From the IMG/VR virus record IMGVR_UViG_3300045988_154301, positions 1 to 37,533 of that record: a stretch of 37,533 bases of DNA. One strand, 5' to 3'. Below are positions 7,446 to 15,201 of this stretch, piece after piece. The notes below the pieces were generated by a model. It did no database searches. It had not been told where the DNA came from and worked only from the letters and a program-made list of their open reading frames with translations. The DNA is from a virus. The position numbers and the translations under genes were made by a program. Within the stretch, counting starts at the first letter, position 1. Each line of letters starts with the position of its first letter.

Positions 7446-7913
7446 ATGAAAATATTAGGTTTAGATACTTCTACTACAAGTACAGGATATGCAGTTCTGG
7501 ATAATGATAAATTGATTAGCTATGGAACTATAAAAACGCCCAAAAAAGCCGATTTAATTGATAAAATCATCTACATAGAAGAACATATAAAGCAAATTAT
7601 AAAAGCTAAAGAGGTAGAATTTATAGTTATAGAAGATTTAGCGATGACAAGAAGTGCAGCAACAACTAAAGCGTTGTCTGGATTGTTATACGATTTGCTT
7701 GTAGAATTTAGGAAAAGAGAAATTTTGGTTGTAACAGTAAGACCTAGTGAATGGCGTAAAGTGTGTGGAATAAAAGGTAAATGCAGGAAAGAGTTAAAAG
7801 AAAATGCAATACAACATGTTAAAAATGTTTATAACATTAATGTAAATGACGATGAAGCAGATAGCATTTGTATTGCAGAATTTGGAAATAGTTTAGAGGT
7901 AGAATATGATTGA
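7446..7913 (+). CDS. RuvC-like Holliday junction resolvase
   Basis: MKILGLDTSTTSTGYAVLD, IVIEDLAM and EADSICIAEFG place the acidic catalytic residues as in phage RuvC-family resolvases. Confidence 0.8.
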   Translation: MKILGLDTSTTSTGYAVLDNDKLISYGTIKTPKKADLIDKIIYIEEHIKQIIKAKEVEFIVIEDLAMTRSAATTKALSGLLYDLLVEFRKREILVVTVRPSEWRKVCGIKGKCRKELKENAIQHVKNVYNINVNDDEADSICIAEFGNSLEVEYD

Positions 7914-8037
7914 GAAAAAATTAATAAAAGAATATGAAAAATATAATTTATATGGAATATATAAAAATAAAAAATTATTATATAAAACTTGCGAAAGTAA
8001 TATAAAAGATTGTTATAAAAAAGGAGAAATTAAGTGA
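7906..8037 (+). CDS. Small ORF (43 aa), hypothetical
   Basis: It is not in the ORF track because it is under 60 aa. The ATG at 7906 follows GAGGTAG and overlaps the resolvase stop. Sequence: MIEKKLIKEYEKYNLYGIYKNKKLLYKTCESNIKDCYKKGEIK. Confidence 0.4.
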   Translation: MIEKKLIKEYEKYNLYGIYKNKKLLYKTCESNIKDCYKKGEIK

Positions 8038-8094
8038 TGAAAAAAGTAAAAGGAATTGAATTAATAAGAGCAGTGAACTCTTTAGGAGGAAAAG

Positions 8095-8448
8095 ATGAGT
8101 AAAATTGAAGTTGGAGAATATATGAGAACTGATAATGGAGAAATACATAAAGTACTAGATACTGAAAAAGGAAGTATAAAAATAAAATCTCAATATAAAG
8201 AATGGATAGGTTTATGTTGCATAAAGAAACATAGCAAACAACTAATAGACTTAATCGAAGTTGGAGACATAGTAAATGGAATGGAAGTATTAGATATACA
8301 TAAGCCAAGAGATTTATGGGAACCAATAGAAATAAGAGTTGATAGTAGATATACAAATTTTATTTTAGCAGAAGACATACAAACAATACTAACAAAAGAA
8401 AGTTATATGGCTAATTGCTATAAAAAAGTAGGAGGAGAAGATGAATAG
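8095..8448 (+). CDS. Hypothetical protein
   Basis: A 117-aa ORF with SD AGGAGG. Confidence 0.7.
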   Translation: MSKIEVGEYMRTDNGEIHKVLDTEKGSIKIKSQYKEWIGLCCIKKHSKQLIDLIEVGDIVNGMEVLDIHKPRDLWEPIEIRVDSRYTNFILAEDIQTILTKESYMANCYKKVGGEDE

Positions 8449-9022
8449 AGATATAAAAGAAAATTGGGTAATATATAAAGAATTTCCTAAATATGGAGTT
8501 AACAAATTTGGGCAAGTATGTTCATTTGATTACAATCATACAGGAAAATTGAAGATAATAAAACAATATAAAGACAGAGATGGATATAAGTATGTATTTC
8601 TTATTGTAAATAATAAAAGATATAAGAGATTAGTTCATAGAATGATACTTACGACATTTATACCGAACTTAGAAAACAAGCCTCAAGTAAATCATATAAA
8701 TGGCACTAGAGATGATAATAGATTAGAAAATCTTGAATGGTGTACTGCTAAGGAAAATGTAATTCATTCTTATAAAATAAATAATAAAAAAACTAGCGAT
8801 TTATCAAGAAAAAAAGCTAGCGAAAGATTTTCTAAAACAAATAATCCTAAAGCTAAAATTACACAAACAATAGCAGAAAATATAAGAAGAGATAGAAAAA
8901 GAGGTTGTTTATTAAAAGAAATATCTAAAAAATATAATTTATCTATTTCGCAATGTAGCTGTATATCTAGAAACAAATTTTGGAATATATATGATAATCT
9001 AGAGTTATTAGGAGGAGAATAG
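8441..9022 (+). CDS. HNH homing endonuclease (NUMOD4-like N-terminus plus HNH_3-like core)
   Basis: WVIYKEFPKYGVNKFGQV is followed by VHRMILTTF..QVNHINGTRDDNRLENLEWCTAKENV. Confidence 0.8.
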   Translation: MNRDIKENWVIYKEFPKYGVNKFGQVCSFDYNHTGKLKIIKQYKDRDGYKYVFLIVNNKRYKRLVHRMILTTFIPNLENKPQVNHINGTRDDNRLENLEWCTAKENVIHSYKINNKKTSDLSRKKASERFSKTNNPKAKITQTIAENIRRDRKRGCLLKEISKKYNLSISQCSCISRNKFWNIYDNLELLGGE

Positions 9023-9024
9023 AT

Positions 9025-9414
9025 ATGTTAAAAATATATGATTTGAATAAATTAAAAATAACATCAATAACAGCAGTTATACATTTTAATTATGAAGATA
9101 AAAGCTATTTTATTCATACTAATAATGAAAGCACTACAAATACAACTTTATATGAAGGAAGAACAAAATTTAAAAATGAGCCACTAAAAAGTTGTTTGGG
9201 ATACATACCAAATTTAATAAAATATAAATATAACAAAAAAACATTAAGCTCAATAGATAAGAGGAATTTTGTAAAACAATTGTATAAAGCAGAACTAATA
9301 GATACGTATGATGAAATAAAAATTGAGGTTAAAAGAGAAAGAGAAGAATATAATCAAATATTGAAACAAATAGAACAACTAAATCAACGACTAATAGAAA
9401 TAAAAAATAGTTAG
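9025..9414 (+). CDS. Hypothetical protein
   Basis: A 129-aa ORF with SD AGGAGGAG. It has an in-frame CGA at 9388. Confidence 0.7.
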   Translation: MLKIYDLNKLKITSITAVIHFNYEDKSYFIHTNNESTTNTTLYEGRTKFKNEPLKSCLGYIPNLIKYKYNKKTLSSIDKRNFVKQLYKAELIDTYDEIKIEVKREREEYNQILKQIEQLNQRLIEIKNS

Positions 9415-9435
9415 TGGTAAAGGAGTAAATAAGAT

Positions 9436-9720
9436 ATGGAAGAAAAATACATAAATAAAATATTAAATTTTTCAGATGAAAATATATGTCCTGAAAAGGA
9501 ATTAATTATAAGTAAAGAACAAGCAAAGAAAATTATTAAAGAATTACGAAAAGATTACACACCAAATGCAATAATAGAATTAAAAATTGCAGAATACAAA
9601 GAAAGAAAAGCAAAATGTAATGATATAGAAACTAAAATCAGATTAGATGTGAAAATAAGAGCATATGAAGAACTACTAGAAGGGAGAAAAGAAAAGGAAT
9701 GCAAGGAATGTGAGGTGTAG
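9436..9720 (+). CDS. Hypothetical protein
   Basis: A 94-aa ORF with SD AAAGGAG. Confidence 0.7.
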   Translation: MEEKYINKILNFSDENICPEKELIISKEQAKKIIKELRKDYTPNAIIELKIAEYKERKAKCNDIETKIRLDVKIRAYEELLEGRKEKECKECEV

Positions 9721-9722
9721 TT

Positions 9723-10163
9723 ATGGAAGAAGATAAATTGAGTAAGGCAATAGATTTATTGATAAGTGAAGTAAAAATATACGACCAATATTATTGTTTA
9801 GCAACTTCACAAGCTTTAAAAACTGTTTTAAATGAATTAGATAGACTACAAAAAGAAAATGAACAGCTTCATAAATTCATATTAGAAGGAATAACAATTG
9901 AAAATAGCCCGTTTCAAAATTATCAACTTGATATTTTAAGGGAAAATTTTATTCCAATTTGGAGAATAAAAAATTTAATAAAAGAGCTAAAACAAGATGA
10001 TATAAATATGACTAGAAAATATAAAGAAAAAAAGAATATTACAGGAGAATTATTGGGTATTGATAAAGTAAGAGTAAGAGCTTACAGAGAAAAGACAAGA
10101 GAAATTAATGAGAAATTACATAAAATATTAATAGAAACAACAGAAACAAAGGGGGAAAAATAA
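9723..10163 (+). CDS. Hypothetical coiled-coil protein
   Basis: A 146-aa ORF with SD GAGGTG. Confidence 0.7.
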   Translation: MEEDKLSKAIDLLISEVKIYDQYYCLATSQALKTVLNELDRLQKENEQLHKFILEGITIENSPFQNYQLDILRENFIPIWRIKNLIKELKQDDINMTRKYKEKKNITGELLGIDKVRVRAYREKTREINEKLHKILIETTETKGEK

Positions 10164-10164
10164 T

Positions 10165-10605
10165 ATGTTAATAATTATAATTTTAATTTTACTAATTTTA
10201 ATGATAGTAGGAATTATATTAGATTGCGATGGAGGTTTTGTACTAACAATAAGTGCTTTTGCGTGTGGTGTAATTGCAGTAATAGCTTTAATGGTTTGTC
10301 TTTTAAATTATCCATTTGGAATTGAAAAAAAATTACAAATGTATGAAGAAGAAAATTTAAATATTGAAGCGAAAGTTAAAGAAACCGTGCAAGCATATAT
10401 GAATTACGAAAGAGATATATATACCAATTTAGTAGAAAGTGCAAATTTAGAAACTTTACTAATAAAATATCCTGAACTTAATTCGAACGAATTAGTAAAA
10501 GCACAAATAGAAACATATAGAGAAAATTCTAATAAAATAAAAGAATTAAAAGAAGCAAATATAATAAAACCAACTTTAGCGTGGTGGCTTTATTTTGGTA
10601 AATAA
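10165..10605 (+). CDS. Membrane protein (two N-terminal TM segments)
   Basis: The N-terminus LIIIILILLILMIVGIILD..ISAFACGVIAVIALMVCLL is hydrophobic. SD AGGGGGA. Confidence 0.7.
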   Translation: MLIIIILILLILMIVGIILDCDGGFVLTISAFACGVIAVIALMVCLLNYPFGIEKKLQMYEEENLNIEAKVKETVQAYMNYERDIYTNLVESANLETLLIKYPELNSNELVKAQIETYRENSNKIKELKEANIIKPTLAWWLYFGK

Positions 10606-10618
10606 AGGGGGAATAAAA

Positions 10619-10792
10619 ATGGCAAGCGTAACACAATGTGATGCATGCGGTAATATAGTTAAACATGAAAATAGTAAACGTGTTAGAATTTATGATATTG
10701 ATAAAAGTGAAAATTTATGCGACCGTTTATTAAATAAAGATATATGTTTAAACTGTTATGAAAAAATGAAGAAGTTTTTTAAAGATAGATAG
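10619..10792 (+). CDS. Small CxxC...CxxC zinc-ribbon-like protein
   Basis: The ATG at 10619 follows AAGGGGGA. It contains CDACG and CLNC pairs. Confidence 0.6.
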   Translation: MASVTQCDACGNIVKHENSKRVRIYDIDKSENLCDRLLNKDICLNCYEKMKKFFKDR

Positions 10793-10805
10793 AGGTGAAT
10801 AATAT

Positions 10806-11048
10806 ATGAATAAATACATTTATATAATATCAGTATTAATTATATTTACAATACTAAGTATTATAAGTTCAGTAGCAGATAAAAAGAAAATTGATTATGT
10901 AGCAAATGAATATAAAAATTTACAAGAAGAAAAGACAAGCTTACTAAAAGAAATAAAAGATTTAAAAGAAGAAAATAACGCTTTTAGAAGTGTAATAGAC
11001 ACTTACAATATACCAAACAATTTAGATACTAGATTTGAAGTTGAATAA
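10806..11048 (+). CDS. Small membrane-anchored coiled-coil protein
   Basis: An N-terminal TM segment, YIYIISVLIIFTILSIISSV, is followed by a coiled coil. SD AGAGGTGA. Confidence 0.65.
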   Translation: MNKYIYIISVLIIFTILSIISSVADKKKIDYVANEYKNLQEEKTSLLKEIKDLKEENNAFRSVIDTYNIPNNLDTRFEVE

Positions 11049-11066
11049 AAAAATGGAGGTAGGTAT

Positions 11067-11507
11067 ATGGAAATTAAAGAAGAATTAGAGAATTATAATA
11101 ATTATTTGGCTGAAATAAAAGCCAAAAAATATAGTATTAAAAAACTTGAATTGGAAGAAGTTACAATTTCTGGAAGTAATTTTAGCATAAATGGAGATAT
11201 AAAACCAAAAGGATATATGAGTTCTAATGTAGAAAAGAAAGTAATAGATAATACTGATAAAATAAATAGATTTAAAAAAGAAATAGAGAAATTACAAGCT
11301 AAAATTGAAATGATAGAAGGATTTATAAATATATTAAATGATGATCATAGAAGAGTTATTGAATTAAGATATAAATATAATAAATCAGATTTGCAAATAT
11401 CTAAAATAATTAATTTAACAAAGAGAGCAGTTAACAAAAGAGCAAATATAGCATTAAAAATATTAGAAAAACAGTATAATAATAAAGTTTACCTAAAAAG
11501 TACCTAA
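11067..11507 (+). CDS. ArpU/RinA-like late-gene transcriptional regulator (sigma region-4-like HTH)
   Basis: The C-terminal segment RRVIELRYKYNKSDLQISKIINLTKRAVNKRANIALKILE resembles sigma region 4. It is the last gene before the packaging module. Confidence 0.65.
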   Translation: MEIKEELENYNNYLAEIKAKKYSIKKLELEEVTISGSNFSINGDIKPKGYMSSNVEKKVIDNTDKINRFKKEIEKLQAKIEMIEGFINILNDDHRRVIELRYKYNKSDLQISKIINLTKRAVNKRANIALKILEKQYNNKVYLKST

Positions 11508-11525
11508 AGTGTTCCTAACAAAAGC

Positions 11526-11555
11526 TTGAAATTAAGTATTTAAGCATGCTATAAT
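11526..11555 (+). promoter_or_regulatory. Promoter P1 in the gene-free island
   Basis: TTGAAA (11526..11531), an 18-nt spacer, an extended -10 TGc and TATAAT (11550..11555). Confidence 0.6.
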
Positions 11556-11561
11556 ATATAA

Positions 11562-11785
11562 TAGCAGAAGGTATCGGATATGCCTTTCGCTGGAAATTAA
11601 CGTTGAGTAAGAATAGACTAGTAACTGACTTACTTTTCAATTCTCTCTTAATTGTCAAAAAAATAAAGACGATTGGTTTTAGACTTGAGAGAATTGCTAT
11701 TTTGAATGCAAACAAGGGAAACCTTAGTTTTTTTATAATCAACCTCTTATATAGCACTATCTATTATGGTAGTGCTATTATTATT
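11562..11785 (+). ncRNA. Candidate structured noncoding RNA (unclassified)
   Basis: It lies downstream of P1. Hairpins: 11574..11592; 11606..11611 with 11629..11634; a 10-bp stem CAATTCTCTC (11638..11647) with GAGAGAATTG (11687..11696); a GAAA-tetraloop hairpin plus T7 at 11714..11734; and the stem ATAGCACTA/TAGTGCTAT at 11751..11778. The overlapping ORFs are not protein-like. Confidence 0.4.
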
Positions 11786-11837
11786 CATACAAATTTCATG
11801 AGGTGTCAAACAATTTTCACAAGATTACATACAACAC

Positions 11838-11866
11838 TTGACAATGTATATCACTAATGTTATAAT
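11838..11866 (+). promoter_or_regulatory. Promoter P2, perfect consensus
   Basis: TTGACA (11838..11843), a 17-nt spacer and TATAAT (11861..11866). Confidence 0.75.
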
Positions 11867-11872
11867 GTAAGT

Positions 11873-12011
11873 ACAATAAGAAAACAATTTATGTAATCTT
11901 ATTGAACCATGACAAACTGGTTCCTTGCCGTTTGTCGCCTTGTAGTAAATAAAATTGTGCTATAATATTATCGAGAGAGTGAGCTTGGAATAATCACTTT
12001 CTCTTTTTTTT
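11873..12011 (+). ncRNA. Candidate sRNA of about 140 nt, a proposed trans-acting antitoxin for the 20-aa toxin
   Basis: It runs from P2 to an intrinsic terminator: GAGAGAGTGA (11973..11982) pairs with TCACTTTCTC (11994..12003), followed by T8. It contains a possible H-type pseudoknot (AACCA/TGGTT and GACAAAC/GTTTGTC). Two blocks, 11944..11957 and 11962..11972, are identical to 12121..12134 and 12143..12153, so they are complementary to the toxin mRNA start region. Confidence 0.5.
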
Positions 12012-12044
12012 ATTCATAATTTATAATAAAATGAGTAAAATAAT

Positions 12045-12071
12045 AATGACCTAACTTGGAATTAGGTCATT
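12045..12071. terminator. 10-bp hairpin, the likely terminator of the minus-strand toxin mRNA (possibly bidirectional)
   Basis: AATGACCTAA (12045..12054) pairs with TTAGGTCATT (12062..12071). On the minus strand it is followed by ATTATTTTAC. Confidence 0.6.
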
Positions 12072-12081
12072 TTGCGAAGAA

Positions 12082-12144
12082 CTATTTTAACAAAACTTTT
12101 GCAAGAATTGTTAAAACAACAGTAAATAAAATTGCTTCAGCCAT
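12082..12144 (-). CDS. Type I toxin candidate, a 20-aa hydrophobic peptide (MAEAILFTVVLTILAKVLLK)
   Basis: It is not in the ORF track. A strong SD, AAAGGTGGTGA, ends 6 nt before the ATG at 12144. It has its own promoter and terminator. Confidence 0.55.
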   Translation of the reverse strand: MAEAILFTVVLTILAKVLLK

Positions 12145-12179
12145 AATATTATCACCACCTTTCTATGATGGCTAATAAT

Positions 12180-12209
12180 ATTATAACACTTGCTAATATA
12201 GCAAGTCAA
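12180..12209 (-). promoter_or_regulatory. Promoter of the toxin gene, with a palindrome in the spacer
   Basis: On the minus strand, TTGACT (12209..12204), an 18-nt spacer and TATAAT (12185..12180). The spacer contains the 8-3-8 palindrome ACTTGCTA-ATA-TAGCAAGT (12188..12206). Confidence 0.65.
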
Positions 12210-12236
12210 CAAAATCAGACAATAAAAAAATACAAT

Positions 12237-12262
12237 GTAGTCCAAGATTGGGCTACTTTTTT
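12237..12262 (+). terminator. Intrinsic terminator just upstream of the late operon
   Basis: GTAGTCC pairs with GGGCTAC (7 bp including one G-U) and is followed by T6. Confidence 0.6.
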
Positions 12263-12307
12263 AATGCTTATTTATGAGCAAATGAGTAATAAAAAGGTAG
12301 TGATACT

Positions 12308-12478
12308 ATGACAAAAGAAGAATATCGAAATTATCTGTGTAAACATTGTATAAGATACAATTGTAAAGAAAATATATGTGAATTAGATAAAGATACATAC
12401 AAAGTATATAAATGTACTGAATATGTATCTATTTTTATGTGCAATAAAAGAAATTGTAGAGAGTGTGGGAGATGTTAA
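12308..12478 (+). CDS. Small Cys-rich protein (56 aa, 10 Cys)
   Basis: It is not in the ORF track. The ATG at 12308 follows AAAAGGTAGTGA. Sequence: MTKEEYRNYLCKHCIRYNCKENICELDKDTYKVYKCTEYVSIFMCNKRNCRECGRC. Its stop overlaps the next start (TAATG). Confidence 0.55.
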   Translation: MTKEEYRNYLCKHCIRYNCKENICELDKDTYKVYKCTEYVSIFMCNKRNCRECGRC

Positions 12479-12873
12479 TGAAATTCGAGATAAACAATAC
12501 GATATGGACGATCGAAAAAGTTGATGAAGCAACAATTAATAATGAAATGAAATCAGATGGAACACTAGGAGTAACAATATTTAAAAATCAAAAAATAATG
12601 TTGCTAAAAGACCAAGCAAATATAATTAAGACTTTAAAACACGAACTAACTCATGTGTGGTTGTATGAGTATGGACATAATCAAAATGACAATAAGACAT
12701 TTACATACGAAGATGTATGCGAAATTGTGGCGAGTTTACATGATTTTATAAGTGAAGTAGTAGAACAATATAAAGAACAAAATCAATCTTATATAGAAAG
12801 ATTAAAGAAAAATCACAAAGATGATTATATAGATGCAATAAGATATGCCGTACAGTCACCAAAAGGAGAATGA
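12478..12873 (+). CDS. HExxH metallopeptidase-like protein (SprT-like)
   Basis: LKHELTHVWLYEYGH carries the zinc motif. The ATG at 12478 is coupled to the upstream stop; the track start at 12463 is a GTG. Confidence 0.6.
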   Translation: MKFEINNTIWTIEKVDEATINNEMKSDGTLGVTIFKNQKIMLLKDQANIIKTLKHELTHVWLYEYGHNQNDNKTFTYEDVCEIVASLHDFISEVVEQYKEQNQSYIERLKKNHKDDYIDAIRYAVQSPKGE

Positions 12874-12875
12874 AA

Positions 12876-13154
12876 ATGTATTTAAAAGTAAAAGCAAAGA
12901 AAATAAAAAATTTGAGTGTAAAAATAGTTCAAGCCAAAAATAATTTGGTTGTAAGTATATTAAATAAAAAAGGATATGAATGTGATAGTTCACAAATAAG
13001 TCAAATAAAAGCAAATAGAAAATTAAATTCAGAACAGAAAAAAGTAATATTAGAAAATCAAAACGAGAAAGTATCAAAAATTGGAAGTTACTATGTATGG
13101 GAAGCAGATGTTATGGTAAAGATAGTAGACAAAGTAACAGGAAAAGAGGCATAA
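12876..13154 (+). CDS. Hypothetical protein
   Basis: The ATG at 12876 lies 7 nt after GGAG; an ATG at 12870 is also possible. Confidence 0.6.
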   Translation: MYLKVKAKKIKNLSVKIVQAKNNLVVSILNKKGYECDSSQISQIKANRKLNSEQKKVILENQNEKVSKIGSYYVWEADVMVKIVDKVTGKEA

Positions 13155-13158
13155 GACT

Positions 13159-13278
13159 ATGTGGAACATATTTTTAGGAATAATATTAAGTTGTATAGGA
13201 GTAATAGCAATAGCATTTACTCTTTTTATTTTTGTTACAATAATAGATGTAATGATAAAACAATTTAAAAGAAAATAA
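13159..13278 (+). CDS. Small membrane peptide (39 aa)
   Basis: It is not in the ORF track. Sequence: MWNIFLGIILSCIGVIAIAFTLFIFVTIIDVMIKQFKRK. A GAGG lies 9 nt upstream. Confidence 0.4.
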   Translation: MWNIFLGIILSCIGVIAIAFTLFIFVTIIDVMIKQFKRK

Positions 13279-13299
13279 AGGAAAGAGAGGTAATCTTAT

Positions 13300-13845
13300 A
13301 TGACAGATGCACAAAAAAGATTTTGCGATGAGTATTTAATAGACCTTAATGCAACAAGAGCATATAAGGTTGCTTATCCTAATTGTAAAAAAGATGAAAC
13401 AGCAAGAGCAAATGGAAGTAGACTGCTAACAAAAGCTAACATTCAAATATATGTAGCAGATAAAATTAAAGAACGAGAACAAAGAACAGAAATAACACAG
13501 GATATGGTAATAAAAGAATTAGCCAAAATAGCATTTTTAGATATAAGAAAATTATATACAGAAAATGGACAATTAAAAAATATAGCAGACATAGATAGTG
13601 ATACAGCAGGAGCAATATCACAACTAGAAACTTTAGAAGAGTATGAGGGGTATGGAGATGACAGAGAAAAAATAGGTGATACACAAAAAGTAAAACTATT
13701 AGACAAAACAAAAGCTCTTGAACTGTTAGGAAGGCATTTAGGAATATTTAATGACAAAATAGATTTAAATGTTAAAGAAAAAGAAGAAAAGAAAAATGCT
13801 ATATCAGATATATTAAATCAAATGCAAAGTGCAGATGATGTGTAA
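13300..13845 (+). CDS. terS: Terminase small subunit (Terminase_2 / P27-type)
   Basis: The N-terminus MTDAQKRFCDEYLIDLNATRAYKVAYPNCKKDETARANGSRLL is the classic TerS signature. Confidence 0.85.
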   Translation: MTDAQKRFCDEYLIDLNATRAYKVAYPNCKKDETARANGSRLLTKANIQIYVADKIKEREQRTEITQDMVIKELAKIAFLDIRKLYTENGQLKNIADIDSDTAGAISQLETLEEYEGYGDDREKIGDTQKVKLLDKTKALELLGRHLGIFNDKIDLNVKEKEEKKNAISDILNQMQSADDV

Positions 13846-15197
13846 TGTTAAAATTAAGTCAAAAATATAAAGAGTTCTTAAAAACAAAATGCAAGAGAGA
13901 GTTTTTAGAAGGAACAACTGCAGCAGGAAAAACAACAGTAGGAATATTCAAGTTTATGTGTATGGTTGCTAATTCTGATAAAAAGTATCATATTATTGCA
14001 GGTGATGATGTAGGAACAGTAGAGAAAAATGTAATAAACTCTGAAAATGGTTTACTGGAACAATTTGAAGATATAGCAGAGTATTGGCCAAAAGGAAAAG
14101 ATAAAATAAGATTACCACATATAAGATATGATACAAACAAAGGTGAAAAGATAATATATGTATGTGGTTATGGTGATAAAAAAAGATGGAAAAAAGTCCT
14201 AGGTGGACAAGTTGGCTGTGTATATCTTGATGAAGTAAATTTAGCAGATATGGAGTTTATGAGAGAAGTTACACATAGATGTAAATACATGATGACAACA
14301 TCAAACCCAGATGATCCATCATTAGATATTTATAAAGAATTTATAAATAAAAGTAGACCAATAGCCAAGTATGAAAAAGACTATCCAACAGAATTACTAA
14401 AAGAACTAAAAGAACCACATGTGTTAGGATGGGTACATTGGTATTTTACATTTTATGATAATGCAGCATTAACCAAGGAAGATATACAAGAAAAAATAGA
14501 TGCAACACCAATTGGAACTAAGATGTATAAAAATAAAATACAAGGACTAAGAGGAAAAGCAACAGGACTATGCTTTAATTTACAACCTAAAAACATAATA
14601 ACAGTAGAAGAAGCAAAGAAAATGAAATTCAAACTATTTTCTATTGGTTGTGATACATCATATTCAAAAGAAAGCCACGATAAGGTAACATTAGAGGGTA
14701 TAGGCATAACAGCAGATAATAAATGTGTTTTATTAAAAGAAAAAACATTTAATAATAGAGATAGAACAATACCATTTGCACCATCAGATGTGGTTCAATG
14801 GATTGTTGAATTTATGGAAGAGTTCAAAAATGAATGGGGATTTGCAAGAACTTGTTTTATAGATAATGCAGACCAAGGAACAATAATGGAAGCAAACAAA
14901 GCAAAAAGGCAAAATGCATTAGTATATAATTTTGAAAATGCATGGAAAAAAACAAAAATAATCACTAGAGTTCAACTACAAGAAAGTTGGTTGAATACTG
15001 GTGATTTTTTAATTGTTGAAACTTGCAAAGACTATATAGATGAATGTAATAAATATTCATTTGATGAAGATAATCAGCCAGAAGATGGCAACGACCACTC
15101 AATAAATGGTTGCCAATATGCTTGGTTACCACATAAAAAGAAAATTGGTAATTGGGAAGTAATAAAAAAATTGATTAAAGATGAAAGTGAGGAATAA
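13845..15197 (+). CDS. terL: Terminase large subunit (PBSX/XtmB-like)
   Basis: Walker A-like GTTAAGKTT and Walker B-like VYLDEVN are present, and the C-terminal region has acidic nuclease motifs. It is coupled to terS (TAATG). Confidence 0.85.
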   Translation: MLKLSQKYKEFLKTKCKREFLEGTTAAGKTTVGIFKFMCMVANSDKKYHIIAGDDVGTVEKNVINSENGLLEQFEDIAEYWPKGKDKIRLPHIRYDTNKGEKIIYVCGYGDKKRWKKVLGGQVGCVYLDEVNLADMEFMREVTHRCKYMMTTSNPDDPSLDIYKEFINKSRPIAKYEKDYPTELLKELKEPHVLGWVHWYFTFYDNAALTKEDIQEKIDATPIGTKMYKNKIQGLRGKATGLCFNLQPKNIITVEEAKKMKFKLFSIGCDTSYSKESHDKVTLEGIGITADNKCVLLKEKTFNNRDRTIPFAPSDVVQWIVEFMEEFKNEWGFARTCFIDNADQGTIMEANKAKRQNALVYNFENAWKKTKIITRVQLQESWLNTGDFLIVETCKDYIDECNKYSFDEDNQPEDGNDHSINGCQYAWLPHKKKIGNWEVIKKLIKDESEE

Positions 15198-15201
15198 AAA
15201 A

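Noticed and set aside
8038-8103. A 21-codon ORF (MKKVKGIELIRAVNSLGGKDE) with an upstream AAGGAG.
   Set aside because: It is too short and featureless to support, and it overlaps the SD and start of the 8095 gene. It may only reflect translational coupling.
11515-11857. ORFs 11515..11757 (-) and 11603..11857 (+) as protein-coding genes.
   Set aside because: They have no SD, and their composition is non-protein-like and dominated by AT-rich codon runs. They are overlapped by promoter, hairpin and terminator signals, so I treat the region as noncoding.
11562-12011. A retron msr/msd, a DGR template, or a known riboswitch (c-di-GMP, preQ1) in the gene-free island.
   Set aside because: There is no reverse transcriptase gene anywhere in the window, and no VR/TR repeat pair. 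I could not match the conserved cores of the riboswitches I know from memory. The RNAs are left unclassified.
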